Assembly (NCBI GenBank): GCA_965216755.1
Contig: CBDCGL010000011.1
Coordinates: 3,488,001-3,552,000, forward strand
Direction: 5' to 3'
DNA: 64,000 nucleotides
Source of the DNA: Alphaproteobacteria bacterium
Lineage (GTDB): Bacteria > Pseudomonadota > Alphaproteobacteria > UBA7887
Below the pieces are notes generated by a model, which worked only from the letters and a program-made list of their open reading frames with translations, made no database searches and had not been told where the DNA came from. Position 1 is the stretch's first letter, and each line of letters starts with the position of its first letter. Below, one piece after another: positions 28,774 to 38,745 of this stretch. The translations under genes and the position numbers were made by a program.

Positions 28774-29607
28774 ATGTCCAGTAATCGAGCAGCACTACTC
28801 CAAGATTTGCGCGATCAGGCGCGACGCATCCGGCGCAACAGTTGGCGGGCGCTGCACGCAGCTGGCGCCGGTCATATGGGCGGCGCCTTGTCGGCGGCGG
28901 AGCTGTTGGCCGCACTCTATTTTCACTATCTCCAGCTGCGGCCGGCGCAACCTGATTGGCCCGACCGTGATCGCTTCGTGCTGTCAAAGGGCCATGGCAA
29001 CGCGGCGCTGGCGGCGGTGTTGGCCCAAGCCGGTTTTTTCGAAGAAGGCCAACTCGACACGTTTTACGGCTACGAATCGAAGATTGGCATGCATCCCGAT
29101 ATCAAACTCCCTGGCGTCGAGATGAGCACCGGCGGCCTCGGTCATGGTTTGTCGATCGGCCTCGGCATGGCGCTTGGCGCGCGCTTGCAAGGCAAGGCGT
29201 TTCGCACCGTGGTGATGCTCGGTGATGGCGAGTTGCAAGAAGGGTCGAGCTGGGAAGCCGCCATGGCCGCCGCCCATCACCGGGTCGCCAACCTGACCGC
29301 AATGGTCGATTACAACAAAGTGCAACAAAGTGGCGCGGTGGGCGACATGGTCAGTGTGGAGCCGCTCGCCGACAAATGGCGTGCATTTGGCTGGACCGTG
29401 CGCGAATGCGATGGCCATGACATGGCGGCCGTGGTCGATGCCCTGGATGGCCTGCCTTATGCGCCAGACGCGCCGTCGATGCTGATCGCCCATACCATCA
29501 AGGGCAAAGGTGCCAGCTTCGCCGAGAACTCTTATCTGTGGCACAACAACGCGGTCAACGACGAGACCTACGCGAAGGCTTTGGCCGAGCTCGGAGAACC
29601 GAAATGA
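28774..29607 (+). CDS. Split transketolase, N-terminal TPP-binding subunit
   Basis: GHMGGALS, DRDRFVLSKGH, STGGLGHGL, GDGELQEG..WEA, HTIKGKG. Confidence 0.92.
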   Translation: MSSNRAALLQDLRDQARRIRRNSWRALHAAGAGHMGGALSAAELLAALYFHYLQLRPAQPDWPDRDRFVLSKGHGNAALAAVLAQAGFFEEGQLDTFYGYESKIGMHPDIKLPGVEMSTGGLGHGLSIGLGMALGARLQGKAFRTVVMLGDGELQEGSSWEAAMAAAHHRVANLTAMVDYNKVQQSGAVGDMVSVEPLADKWRAFGWTVRECDGHDMAAVVDALDGLPYAPDAPSMLIAHTIKGKGASFAENSYLWHNNAVNDETYAKALAELGEPK

Positions 29608-30563
29608 CGGCGACGCCCGACTGGGCGGTCAAGGCCGCCAATCAATCGCGCTTGGCGTTTGGTTTGGCGGCCACCGAGATGGCCGGCCGTGATGACCGCG
29701 TTGTCACGGTCTCCGCCGATACACTCGATCTCATTGGCTTGCGGGATTTCGAAAGCCAATTTCCCGAACGGCTGATCGAGGTCGGCATCGCCGAGCAAAA
29801 CGCCATGGGGGTCGCCAGCGGATTGGCGACCACGGGAATGCGACCGTTTGTTTGTGGCTATGCACCGTTTATTACCGCGCGCTCGATGGAGCAATTGCGC
29901 AACGACGTCGCCTATGCCGACCAGCGTGTGGTGATCGGCGCGGCGGCCAGCGGCATTTCGCTGGGGGTCGCGGGCGGCACGCACCACGCGGTCGAAGATT
30001 TGGCCTTGATGCGCAGCTTGCCCAACATGACGGTGCTGGTGCCGGCCGATGCCCACCAGGCATGGCATGCAACACAGGCGACCGATTATATCGACGGGCC
30101 GGTCTATGTCCGCCTTGGCGGACGGGTCGAAGAACCGGCCGTGACAGCTGTCGACGCCATTTTTCGGGTCGGCAAGACCGACTGCTTGCGAGAAGGTGAT
30201 GACGTGACCGTGGTCGCGTGTGGTTGCATGGTTGCCGCGGCGCTTGCGGCCGCCGACGATCTAACGGGTCAGGGCATCGGCGCGCGGGTCTTGAACATGC
30301 ATACCATCAAACCGCTCGACGAAGACGCGATTTTAACCGCGGCAGCCGAGACGCGCGGCATCGTGAGCGCGGAGGAACATCATCTGACCGGCGGTCTAGG
30401 CGGTGCGATCGCCGAATTGCTGGCGCGCGAACGGCCGACCCGCATGCGCATGATCGGCATGCCTGACGAGTTCGCCATTGTCGGGCCGACCGACCAAGTC
30501 CGCGCGCGTTACGGCATGAGCGCCGCCGCGATCGCCGCGGCGTGCCGCGAGCTTCTCGATTGA
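29604..30563 (+). CDS. Split transketolase, C-terminal subunit
   Basis: GIAEQN, GGTHHAVED, GPVYVRLG, TIKPLD, EEH..GGLG; ATGA overlap with the upstream subunit. Confidence 0.92.
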   Translation: MTATPDWAVKAANQSRLAFGLAATEMAGRDDRVVTVSADTLDLIGLRDFESQFPERLIEVGIAEQNAMGVASGLATTGMRPFVCGYAPFITARSMEQLRNDVAYADQRVVIGAAASGISLGVAGGTHHAVEDLALMRSLPNMTVLVPADAHQAWHATQATDYIDGPVYVRLGGRVEEPAVTAVDAIFRVGKTDCLREGDDVTVVACGCMVAAALAAADDLTGQGIGARVLNMHTIKPLDEDAILTAAAETRGIVSAEEHHLTGGLGGAIAELLARERPTRMRMIGMPDEFAIVGPTDQVRARYGMSAAAIAAACRELLD

Positions 30564-30673
30564 CCTCGGCCTTGCCGCAAATACGAACGGCAATGCGTCA
30601 CTCCGCCGGCGCGATCTTGTGCTGATATAAACGCGTGTCGGCGTAGAATGGCTCGACAAGGTCAGACAGTGGG

Positions 30674-31657
30674 TTAACCGTCGTGCCAGCAGCCCGCCGT
30701 CTGGGCCCGCTGGCGTACCAGAGCGTAGACCATGTCCAGCGTCGGCGTCGGCACTCCGACCAAGCGGCCGAGTTCCGATACCGCACCTAGCAGTGGATCA
30801 AGTTCCATCGGACGGCCGCGCTCAAAATCCTGCAAGGTCGAGGTCTTGTGTTCGCCGACGTCGCCGCCGCCGTCGATGCGGCGTTCGACATCGATCGGAA
30901 AGTGGGTACCGAGTTTCTCGCCGACTGCTTGCGCCTCAACCATCATCGCGCGGACGACGGCGCGCGTGCCCGGGTCGTTGGCGATGGCCGCCAACGTGCC
31001 GCCGGTCAAAACGCTGACCGGGTTAAACGACAAATTCCCCCACAGTTTGACCCACACATCATCGCGGATTTTGGGCCGCACCGGGGCTTTTATGCCGGCT
31101 TTGACCATGGTCTTGCTCAGGGCGCTGACCCGGTCCGAGCGGCTGCCATCGGGCTCGCCGATTGGCACCCGGTCCAGCGCGATATGTTCCACGACGCCCG
31201 GTTCACGCACCGTTGCGGCGGGATAGACGACGCAGCCGATCACGCGTTCGGGACCGATATGATTCCATTGTAGGCCGCCGGGATCGACCGAATCGATGCG
31301 CTGGTTTTCCCACGGTCCCGGCAACTTGTAAAAATACCACCAGGGCACGCCATTGAGTGCAGGCACGACCGCGGTTGCGGGGCTGAACAAGGGTGGCAGG
31401 CGCGGTGCCACGGCCGCGACCTGATGGGACTTCACTGTGATAAACACATAGTCTTGCGGTCCGGCCGCCACGGGGTCGTCGGTGCACGCCGGATGGACGA
31501 CAAAATCGTCATCGCCACTGATCAAGCGCAAGCCATGTGTTTGCAAGGCATCTAAGGTCTTGCCGCGGGCGATCATGGTGACATCGGCGCCGACCTTGGC
31601 GAGACGGGCACCAAGATACCCGCCGATCGCCCCGGCTCCGAATATGGCGATTTTCAC
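30674..31657 (-). CDS. Ketopantoate reductase family protein (PanE2/oxalyl-CoA reductase-like)
   Basis: GAGAIGG, NGVPWWYF, WVKLWGN..FNP, HKTSTLQD...E. Confidence 0.85.
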   Translation of the reverse strand: MKIAIFGAGAIGGYLGARLAKVGADVTMIARGKTLDALQTHGLRLISGDDDFVVHPACTDDPVAAGPQDYVFITVKSHQVAAVAPRLPPLFSPATAVVPALNGVPWWYFYKLPGPWENQRIDSVDPGGLQWNHIGPERVIGCVVYPAATVREPGVVEHIALDRVPIGEPDGSRSDRVSALSKTMVKAGIKAPVRPKIRDDVWVKLWGNLSFNPVSVLTGGTLAAIANDPGTRAVVRAMMVEAQAVGEKLGTHFPIDVERRIDGGGDVGEHKTSTLQDFERGRPMELDPLLGAVSELGRLVGVPTPTLDMVYALVRQRAQTAGCWHDG

Positions 31658-33174
31658 GGTGCCAACCCCAGTTTTTCGGCCAGGCCAATGCGTTGCAGCT
31701 TGCCCGTCGCGCCTTTCGGAATCTCGTCCAAGAACAGGATTTTGCGGGGTACCTTGAAGTCGGCGAGCCGCGCCCTGGCGAAATCACGCAACGCGACCTC
31801 GTCGATATCGGCGCCTTCGCGCAATACAACCGCCGCGGCGACCTCTTCGCCCAACTTGTCGTGGGGCATGGCGAAGGTCACGACTTGGGCAACAGCGGCA
31901 TGGTTCATCAAGACATCATCGACTTCGCGCGGACTGACCTTTTCGCCGCCGCGATTGATGATTTCTTTCAGCCGGCCGGTGATGGTCAAATAGCCGTCGT
32001 CGTCGATCACGCCTTGATCGCCGGTGCGAAACCAACCGTCGGTAAAAGCGGTTGCGTTGGCGTCCGAATTGTTCTCGTAGCCGGCGGTGACATTGGCGCC
32101 CCGGATCACGATTTCGCCAGTCGTACCGGCGGCCAACAATGCGCCTTTTGCGTCCATGACCGCCACATCGGGACCGGCGGCCAAGCCCACCGTGCCCGGC
32201 TTGCGCGCCGCTGGCGGGAGCGGATTGCTGGCCATCTGATGCGCTGCCTCGGTCATGCCATAGGCTTCGATCACCGGTGCGCGGAACACGGCCTCCAGCT
32301 CGGCCATGACCGGCGGCGGCAAGGATGCCGACGATGACCGAATCAAGCGCAAACCGGCGCCGGCGATGATTTCGCGGTTGCGCGCGGCGCGCGCCAGAAT
32401 CGCCTGATGCATGGTTGGCACGGCCGTGTACCAAGTCGGCTTGACCTCCGCGAGCCAAGCGAAAAACTTGAGCGCGTTGAAGCCCGGCGTGCAGGCGACC
32501 GCGCCGCCCGCCGCCACCGCCGCCAGCACTGCAGCGATCAACCCGTGGATGTGAAACAGCGGCATGATGTTGAGACAACAGTCGCCCGGCGACAGGGCGA
32601 GGGCGGCGGCGATATGGCGCGCGGAGGCGCAGACATTGCGCTGGCTCAGGGGCACGATTTTGGGTCGCGATGTGGTGCCCGAGGTATGCAGAATAAGGGC
32701 AATATCATCGGCGCCGGTCAGGCCGGAGTCGGTCGGCGCTGCGACGGGCGCGCCGGTTAACGTGAACAAACCAGCGACCGTGTCATCGGGTGTCAGTTCG
32801 ATGACGGCCATATCAAGCTGTTCGGCGGCGGCACGCGCCGGCGTTTGATCTCCGGCCTGGACCACCAACGCCTTGGCGCCCAGGTCGGACACATAGAACG
32901 CGAACTCCTCGGTGCGATACGCTGGGTTCAACGGCGCCGTGGTGGCCGCGCAGGCAATCGACAGGAACGCCGTCGCCATCTCGGCGCCGTTGGGCAGCAC
33001 AATGGCGACTCGATCGTCGCGGCCGACGCCCATATGGTTCAAGGTCTCGACCGTCTTGCCCAGGTGACGTCTCAACCCCAAAAACGTCAGGCCGTCCCGG
33101 TTCGGGGCGCGTATCGCCATGTCTTGGTCGCGTCCGGCGCCGAGCGCCGCGGCAATGGTCTCTGATTTGCTCAT
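31654..33174 (-). CDS. Acyl-CoA synthetase, oxalyl-CoA synthetase-like
   Basis: LHTSGTTSRPKIVPL, MPLFHIHGL, TWYTAVPTMHQ, RSSSASL, EAYGMTEAAHQMASNPL, ATGKLQR. Confidence 0.88.
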   Translation of the reverse strand: MSKSETIAAALGAGRDQDMAIRAPNRDGLTFLGLRRHLGKTVETLNHMGVGRDDRVAIVLPNGAEMATAFLSIACAATTAPLNPAYRTEEFAFYVSDLGAKALVVQAGDQTPARAAAEQLDMAVIELTPDDTVAGLFTLTGAPVAAPTDSGLTGADDIALILHTSGTTSRPKIVPLSQRNVCASARHIAAALALSPGDCCLNIMPLFHIHGLIAAVLAAVAAGGAVACTPGFNALKFFAWLAEVKPTWYTAVPTMHQAILARAARNREIIAGAGLRLIRSSSASLPPPVMAELEAVFRAPVIEAYGMTEAAHQMASNPLPPAARKPGTVGLAAGPDVAVMDAKGALLAAGTTGEIVIRGANVTAGYENNSDANATAFTDGWFRTGDQGVIDDDGYLTITGRLKEIINRGGEKVSPREVDDVLMNHAAVAQVVTFAMPHDKLGEEVAAAVVLREGADIDEVALRDFARARLADFKVPRKILFLDEIPKGATGKLQRIGLAEKLGLAP

Positions 33175-33257
33175 GTCCCACTCATAGACGATTTTCGGCA
33201 TGAGCGGAATCGAGACCGATGATAGGGTGGTTCCCCGCACAGAGACGGAGCCACACG

Positions 33258-34607
33258 ATGTCGACCGCATTCACCACCGCCATGATCGAAGAGCCGACCG
33301 CGCCGAACAGTCTCGATGCCTACTGGATGCCGTTTACGGCGAACCGCCAGTTCAAGGCCAAGCCGCGGCTGCTCGGCGCCGCCAAGGGCATGTACTACAC
33401 CAGCGTCGACGGCCGTCAAATTCTTGATGCCGCGGCCGGCATGTGGTGCGTCAATGCGGGCCATGGCCGCGCGGAGGTCACCGAGGCGATCCAGAAACAG
33501 GCCGCCAAGATGGACTATGCACCGCCGTTTCAAATGGGCCACCCCTTGGCGTTTGAGCTGGCGTCGCGGGTGGCGGCCATGCTGCCGGGCGATCTGGATC
33601 ATGTCTTTTTCGCCAATTCCGGTTCGGAAGCGGTCGACACAGCGCTGAAGATCGCGCTGGCTTACCACAATGCACGCGGCGATGGACGGCGATTGCGGCT
33701 GATCGGCCGTGAACGCGGCTATCACGGCGTTGGCTTTGGTGGTATTTCGGTCGGCGGCATGGTCGCCAACCGCAAGCAATTCGGCACCGTCTTGGGCACC
33801 ACCGATCACTTGCCCCACACCCATCATCCGGAACATAACGCGTTCAGCCACGGACAGCCGCGATGGGGCACCCACTTGGCGGATGTGTTGGAAGATCTGG
33901 TCGCCCTTCATGGCGCCGACACGATTGCGTGCGTGATTGTTGAGCCGGTGGCGGGATCGACAGGTGTTTTGATACCGCCGGTTGGCTATCTGCGGCGCCT
34001 GCGCGAGATCTGCGATCGGCACGGCATTCTGCTGATTTTTGATGAGGTGATCACCGGTTTCGGGCGCCTTGGCGCGTCTTTCGCCGCGGAATATTTCGAT
34101 ATCGTTCCGGATATGGTGACCATGGCCAAGGCATTGACCAACGCCGCGGTGCCGATGTCGGCGGTTGCCGTGCGCAAGGGCATTTACGATGCGTTCATGG
34201 ACGGGCCCGACAATATGATCGAGCTTTTCCACGGCTATACCTATTCGGCGCATCCTTTAGCCTGCGCCGCTGGGTTGGCGACAATGGAAATCTATCGAGA
34301 GGAGGAGTTGTTCGACCGTGCCGCGGAGATGGCGCCCTATTTCGAAGGCGCTATTCACGCCATGAAAGACCTGCCGAACGTCATCGATGTGCGTAATCTG
34401 GGGATGATGGGGGCGATTGAATTGGAACCTCGCCCGGGCGCGCCGACAACTCGCGCCGTTGATGCCTTTGTGCACAGTTACGAGCATGGCGTGTTGATGC
34501 GGACCACGGGCGACATCCTAGCCTTCTCGCCGCCGTTGATCGTAGATCGCGGCCAAATCGACCAGATTTTCGACACCGTCGCCGATGCCGTGAAAGCCAC
34601 CGCCTAA
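33258..34607 (+). CDS. Omega-amino acid (beta-alanine)--pyruvate aminotransferase, class III
   Basis: WMPFTANRQFK, NSGSEAVDTALK, IFDEVITGFGR, PLP-lysine TMAK, FHGYTYSAHP. Confidence 0.92.
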   Translation: MSTAFTTAMIEEPTAPNSLDAYWMPFTANRQFKAKPRLLGAAKGMYYTSVDGRQILDAAAGMWCVNAGHGRAEVTEAIQKQAAKMDYAPPFQMGHPLAFELASRVAAMLPGDLDHVFFANSGSEAVDTALKIALAYHNARGDGRRLRLIGRERGYHGVGFGGISVGGMVANRKQFGTVLGTTDHLPHTHHPEHNAFSHGQPRWGTHLADVLEDLVALHGADTIACVIVEPVAGSTGVLIPPVGYLRRLREICDRHGILLIFDEVITGFGRLGASFAAEYFDIVPDMVTMAKALTNAAVPMSAVAVRKGIYDAFMDGPDNMIELFHGYTYSAHPLACAAGLATMEIYREEELFDRAAEMAPYFEGAIHAMKDLPNVIDVRNLGMMGAIELEPRPGAPTTRAVDAFVHSYEHGVLMRTTGDILAFSPPLIVDRGQIDQIFDTVADAVKATA

Positions 34608-34661
34608 GCGGGGACCTTGGCCCCCGCTGCGGCTTGGACCCGTAGTGGGGATGCCGATCGG

Positions 34662-35849
34662 ATGCACGCTCAGGCGCAAAACGCCGAAGAGCAGCTTGTC
34701 GCGCTGCTTGAACAGATTGCCAGCCGCAAAGTCGGTTGGCAGTGCGCGCATTTACATTTGTCGCGGCTATCGCCGATCAACCGGCAGGAATACAGCCTGC
34801 GCATCGCCGTCAATGTAATTGACGAATTGGTGGCCAATTACGAACGGCGCATTTTTCTACTCGAGAATCACGATCTAATCCTGGTTGTCTGCGGCGCCCA
34901 GGTCAATGACGTCAAGGAAGCCGTCCTGCGGGTCCGGCATCTGTTTCAGGATGATCCGTTGGTCGCCAAACGCGACGGATTCTCATCCTGGTATGACCTT
35001 TCCGTAGACCATGACCGTTGCCTGGCTGATGCGCGGACCTTGTTGCACGAGAAGCATCGGCGCCACAACGAGGCGACGGCGCCGAAGTCTCGCTTCGGTG
35101 CTATTGAACCGCTCGATCCGAACCGCCTGTCGTTGATGCAAGGGGCGTTGGCGACACTCGACATCAGCGCCTATATGCGGCGCCAACCGGTCTGCGCGCT
35201 GATCGAAGATCAAGCGCCCGCGCCGGTCTTCGAGGAATGCTATGTCCGCATTGCGGATCTGCAACGGCCGTTGATGCCGAACGTCAATCTCTATGGCAAT
35301 CGCTGGTTGTTTCAACATCTGACGCAAAGCTTGGATTTACGCGTTTTGGCGCTGTTTTCGCGGAATCCCGGCCAACATTTGGCGACCCCAACCAGCATCA
35401 ATTTAAACGTCGATACACTGCTGTCACAATCATTCCTCGATTTCGACAAAGCCCTGAAACCAGGCGCGCAGCCCGCCATCGTGCTTGAGCTACAGCTGTT
35501 CGACATATTCGCCGACCTGGCCGCATTTCATTTCGGTCGTGATTTTGCCCGCTCCAAAGGCTATCGCCTGTGTTTGGATGGGCTGACCAGCCTAAGTTTC
35601 GGTTTGGTCGACCGTAAACATCTGGCCTTCGATCTGGTCAAAGTCCATTGGGACAAGGGCTTGCCGCAATTGGCGCGCAAAGACGGCGAGTTCGCCGACG
35701 CGGTCAAGGCGGCCGGCGGCGGCCGGGTGATTCTGTCGCGCTGCGACGATCAGGCGGCGATCGACTTTGGCCGATCCGTGGGCATCAGTTTGTTCCAAGG
35801 TCGCTACGTCGATTTCCTTGTCAATCCGGGCGCCCGCAGCCGCAATTGA
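34662..35849 (+). CDS. Degenerate EAL-domain protein
   Basis: RRQPV, EECYV in place of EAL, SINLN, LCLDG, LVKVHW, LFQG. Confidence 0.75.
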   Translation: MHAQAQNAEEQLVALLEQIASRKVGWQCAHLHLSRLSPINRQEYSLRIAVNVIDELVANYERRIFLLENHDLILVVCGAQVNDVKEAVLRVRHLFQDDPLVAKRDGFSSWYDLSVDHDRCLADARTLLHEKHRRHNEATAPKSRFGAIEPLDPNRLSLMQGALATLDISAYMRRQPVCALIEDQAPAPVFEECYVRIADLQRPLMPNVNLYGNRWLFQHLTQSLDLRVLALFSRNPGQHLATPTSINLNVDTLLSQSFLDFDKALKPGAQPAIVLELQLFDIFADLAAFHFGRDFARSKGYRLCLDGLTSLSFGLVDRKHLAFDLVKVHWDKGLPQLARKDGEFADAVKAAGGGRVILSRCDDQAAIDFGRSVGISLFQGRYVDFLVNPGARSRN

Positions 35850-35888
35850 TCGCCGGCCCCAGCCCTCCCCCCAACCAAATTTCGTCAT

Positions 35889-37169
35889 ATGTTGCGACCC
35901 GCCGGACGCCTCCATAAACGCATCATCGAGCCGATCGTCGGCACGATCCTGCTGGCGATTCCACTTTTCTATTTGCTGACCTTTCGCTCGGCGGAGGTCA
36001 CCTATTTCGACCGGTATTCGCCGCGCTTGGCGGCGCTGATCGTGCTCTATGCGACGGCCATGGCCATATACCTGGTTTCTTATCGATGGCCGTTGTGGCG
36101 TGTCCTCGAAACGGCGCGTAGCTACGCCGTTGTCGGTTTGTTTGCGCTGTTCATGTCGGGCGTTGTCGGCGAGGTGTTTTTGCGTGTTATCGACCGGCCG
36201 CCCTATGCCCCGACCAACAATGGCGGCCGTCACAAATACGACCCCGATCTCGGCCACGTCTATGTCCCGAACCATCGGCAAATGTTGCAAACGCGCGAAT
36301 GGCGGCAGGAATGGCGCAGCAACGCCGAGGGGGTGCGCGCCGATCGCGATTATGGACCCAAGCCCGATGGTGTGACTCGGATTCTTGTACTTGGCGACTC
36401 TTTCACGGTCGGCGACCAAGTGCCCCTGGAGGACACCTATCCGGGGGTCATGCAAAGGCTCTTCGATCGTCACCGGGGCGCCCGGGCGGTCGAGGTGATC
36501 AATGCCGGTTTTCCAAGCTACGGTACCATTCATGCCGCACGCTATCTGGACAAATTCGGTGTGGCCTTTGCGCCCGACATCATCATATTTGGCGCGACCC
36601 CAAACGATCTGGTCGAGAATATCAATCCGTTGGCGACGATTGCCCGCGACGGCGCCCTGGTGCGCGCGGATGCCACCGATGGCCAGATCGCCGCTTGGTA
36701 CGACCGCACGCGCTGGTATAGTTTGCCGGGCTACTGGCAACGGAGTTTCTTCAAGCGCCGCCTTGATATTCTGTGGTCGCGCGTCACCGTCGGGCCGCCC
36801 TATGTCCATCGTCGCGCATTTATGGTCGCGCAAGACGCCGAGTCGATCGATCTATATGACGTGGTCTACCGCCAGATCGATCACATGCGCGCGCGCGCCC
36901 GATCGATCGGCGCTGCGTTCGTTATCATGGCAATTCCGCTTCGCGAACAATTTGGCTCTATGGGTGATGGGCTGGACCCGTCCCTCTATGGCCGGCGGCT
37001 CGGCGCCTACGCGGCCCAAAACAACATCCGATTTCTCGATCTGTATCCGCTATTTGCCGATCATCCAAATCCGGCGAATTTGTATTGGGCGGAAGATATC
37101 CACTGCACAGCTGCGGGCTACGAACTTATTGGTCGTTCGTTGTATAATTTCTTGAACGCAACTCCATAG
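35889..37169 (+). CDS. Membrane-anchored SGNH/GDSL hydrolase
   Basis: Three N-terminal TM segments; LGDSFTVG, VINAG, PND, DIH.TAAG. Confidence 0.8.
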   Translation: MLRPAGRLHKRIIEPIVGTILLAIPLFYLLTFRSAEVTYFDRYSPRLAALIVLYATAMAIYLVSYRWPLWRVLETARSYAVVGLFALFMSGVVGEVFLRVIDRPPYAPTNNGGRHKYDPDLGHVYVPNHRQMLQTREWRQEWRSNAEGVRADRDYGPKPDGVTRILVLGDSFTVGDQVPLEDTYPGVMQRLFDRHRGARAVEVINAGFPSYGTIHAARYLDKFGVAFAPDIIIFGATPNDLVENINPLATIARDGALVRADATDGQIAAWYDRTRWYSLPGYWQRSFFKRRLDILWSRVTVGPPYVHRRAFMVAQDAESIDLYDVVYRQIDHMRARARSIGAAFVIMAIPLREQFGSMGDGLDPSLYGRRLGAYAAQNNIRFLDLYPLFADHPNPANLYWAEDIHCTAAGYELIGRSLYNFLNATP

Positions 37170-37190
37170 TCACAGACAAGGATCGCGGCC

Positions 37191-37967
37191 ATGACCGACC
37201 CATCTGCCTCGTCTCTGTCGGAATCAATCGCCAATCGATCGGGTGACGGCCCGGTGTCACGCACACGCCGCCAAGGGCGCGGTCCAACGATTTGGTTGGC
37301 CGGCGACCCGGACGACTTGAAACCGTGGATGCCCTTGGGCATTGCCGGCATTGTCACCAACACAGTGGTGCTCAATCAATATGCCGAAGCTCATGGCGGT
37401 GTTGTCAATCTGATCAAGACCTATCTCGATATCACGGACAAACCGGTGGTGATGGAGATTGACGGCCACACGGTCGAGGAACTGCTCGCGGTCGGCAAAG
37501 TCTTCACCGACCTTTCCGATCGCGTGATTCTGAAAATCCCGTGCACGGTAATCGGTCTAAGGGCGTTTGCCGAACTGCGCCAGCAAGGGGTCGAGACTTT
37601 CTGCACCACGGTCTTTTCGCTCACCCAGGCGGCCGCTGTCGCCCAGGCGGGCGTGGACCACATTTTGCCGTTCTGCGAGCCGGTTAAGGAAGCCGGCGGT
37701 GATCCAACAAAACTGATCCGCGAATGTGTGGCCATGTTTGACGGCTGGCAGCAGCGGCCGTTCATCATGGCCGCTTTGGTGCGCACTGTGGAGACGGCAT
37801 ATGCGGCGTTTCGCGACGGTGCCGACGAATTGGTCACCATGTGGACGGTGTATCGCGACATGATGGATCATCCGCTGACCGCCCAATGGAACAAGATCTT
37901 CTTGGACGAATGGCAGGACATGCACACCAAGGGTCTGCTCGAAGGGGTGCCGGTGGCAAAAGCATAG
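37191..37967 (+). CDS. Divergent transaldolase/fructose-6-phosphate aldolase family protein
   Basis: GIVTN, Schiff-base ILKIPCT..GL, TTVFSLTQA..AQAG, HPLT. Confidence 0.75.
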   Translation: MTDPSASSLSESIANRSGDGPVSRTRRQGRGPTIWLAGDPDDLKPWMPLGIAGIVTNTVVLNQYAEAHGGVVNLIKTYLDITDKPVVMEIDGHTVEELLAVGKVFTDLSDRVILKIPCTVIGLRAFAELRQQGVETFCTTVFSLTQAAAVAQAGVDHILPFCEPVKEAGGDPTKLIRECVAMFDGWQQRPFIMAALVRTVETAYAAFRDGADELVTMWTVYRDMMDHPLTAQWNKIFLDEWQDMHTKGLLEGVPVAKA

Positions 37968-38070
37968 CGAAACGCGCGATTGCCGTGGTGGCTAAACCAC
38001 GTTCTTCCGTGCCAGTTCTTCGCACAACTGCTTCAGCAGTTCGAGGCATGCGGTCATGGCGCCACTGATT

Positions 38071-38706
38071 TCATCGATCAGACCAGCTGGCGCGCGCGCG
38101 TGTGGGCAGGTCGGGCACGCAGGCGCGCAGATGGTCGAGCGTGGCGTACGCGTAGCCGAGATCGCCGGCGCCGGCGAAGCCATCTTGGCCATTGCGCCAA
38201 TCGTAGCGCGGTAATCTGTCGGCCGCGTCGGCGGCTTGCCTATAGGCATCTGAGATAAGGACACATTCGTCCGATGGCACGCTGTTTTTCATCAAGCGGT
38301 GGGCGACAATCATGTCGACCCCGGCGGCTTTGCGAAAACCCGCAACGGCGATTTCCTTAATCTTGCCGAAATGGACGACGAATTTGGGCGTCAGGTCGGT
38401 CGCGCTTTGACAAGCGCCGCACGGGCAAATGGAATCGCGCTCGATCACCTTGAGTTGCTGGTGAAACGCGCGAAACATGGTCTCGCATTGGTCGATCAAG
38501 GCGGTCGCGTCGTTCGGCTTGCCCGGGCTGTAATAGAGCACGGCATCGCCTTCGACTTCTGACAATGTGAGGCCCAGGGACTCGGCGCCAACGATCACGT
38601 CCAACAGTTCGGCCAGGATATGCGCGCTGTGGTCGAGGGCGACGGTGGTAGCGAAATCGGTTTAGCCGCTGATATCTGGGATCAAGATGCTGGCGGTGTC
38701 AATCAT
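38071..38706 (-). pseudogene. DUF2652 (nucleotide cyclase-like) gene interrupted by an in-frame stop
   Basis: MIDTASILIPDISG*TDF...HILAELLD...SEVEGDAVLYY...CPCGAC...KFVVHFG...HRLMKNSV; TAA at 38662-38664. Confidence 0.75.
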
Positions 38707-38745
38707 CGCTGCCGGCTTGTGGTCGTGTGTCCTTGGCCGATGCGG

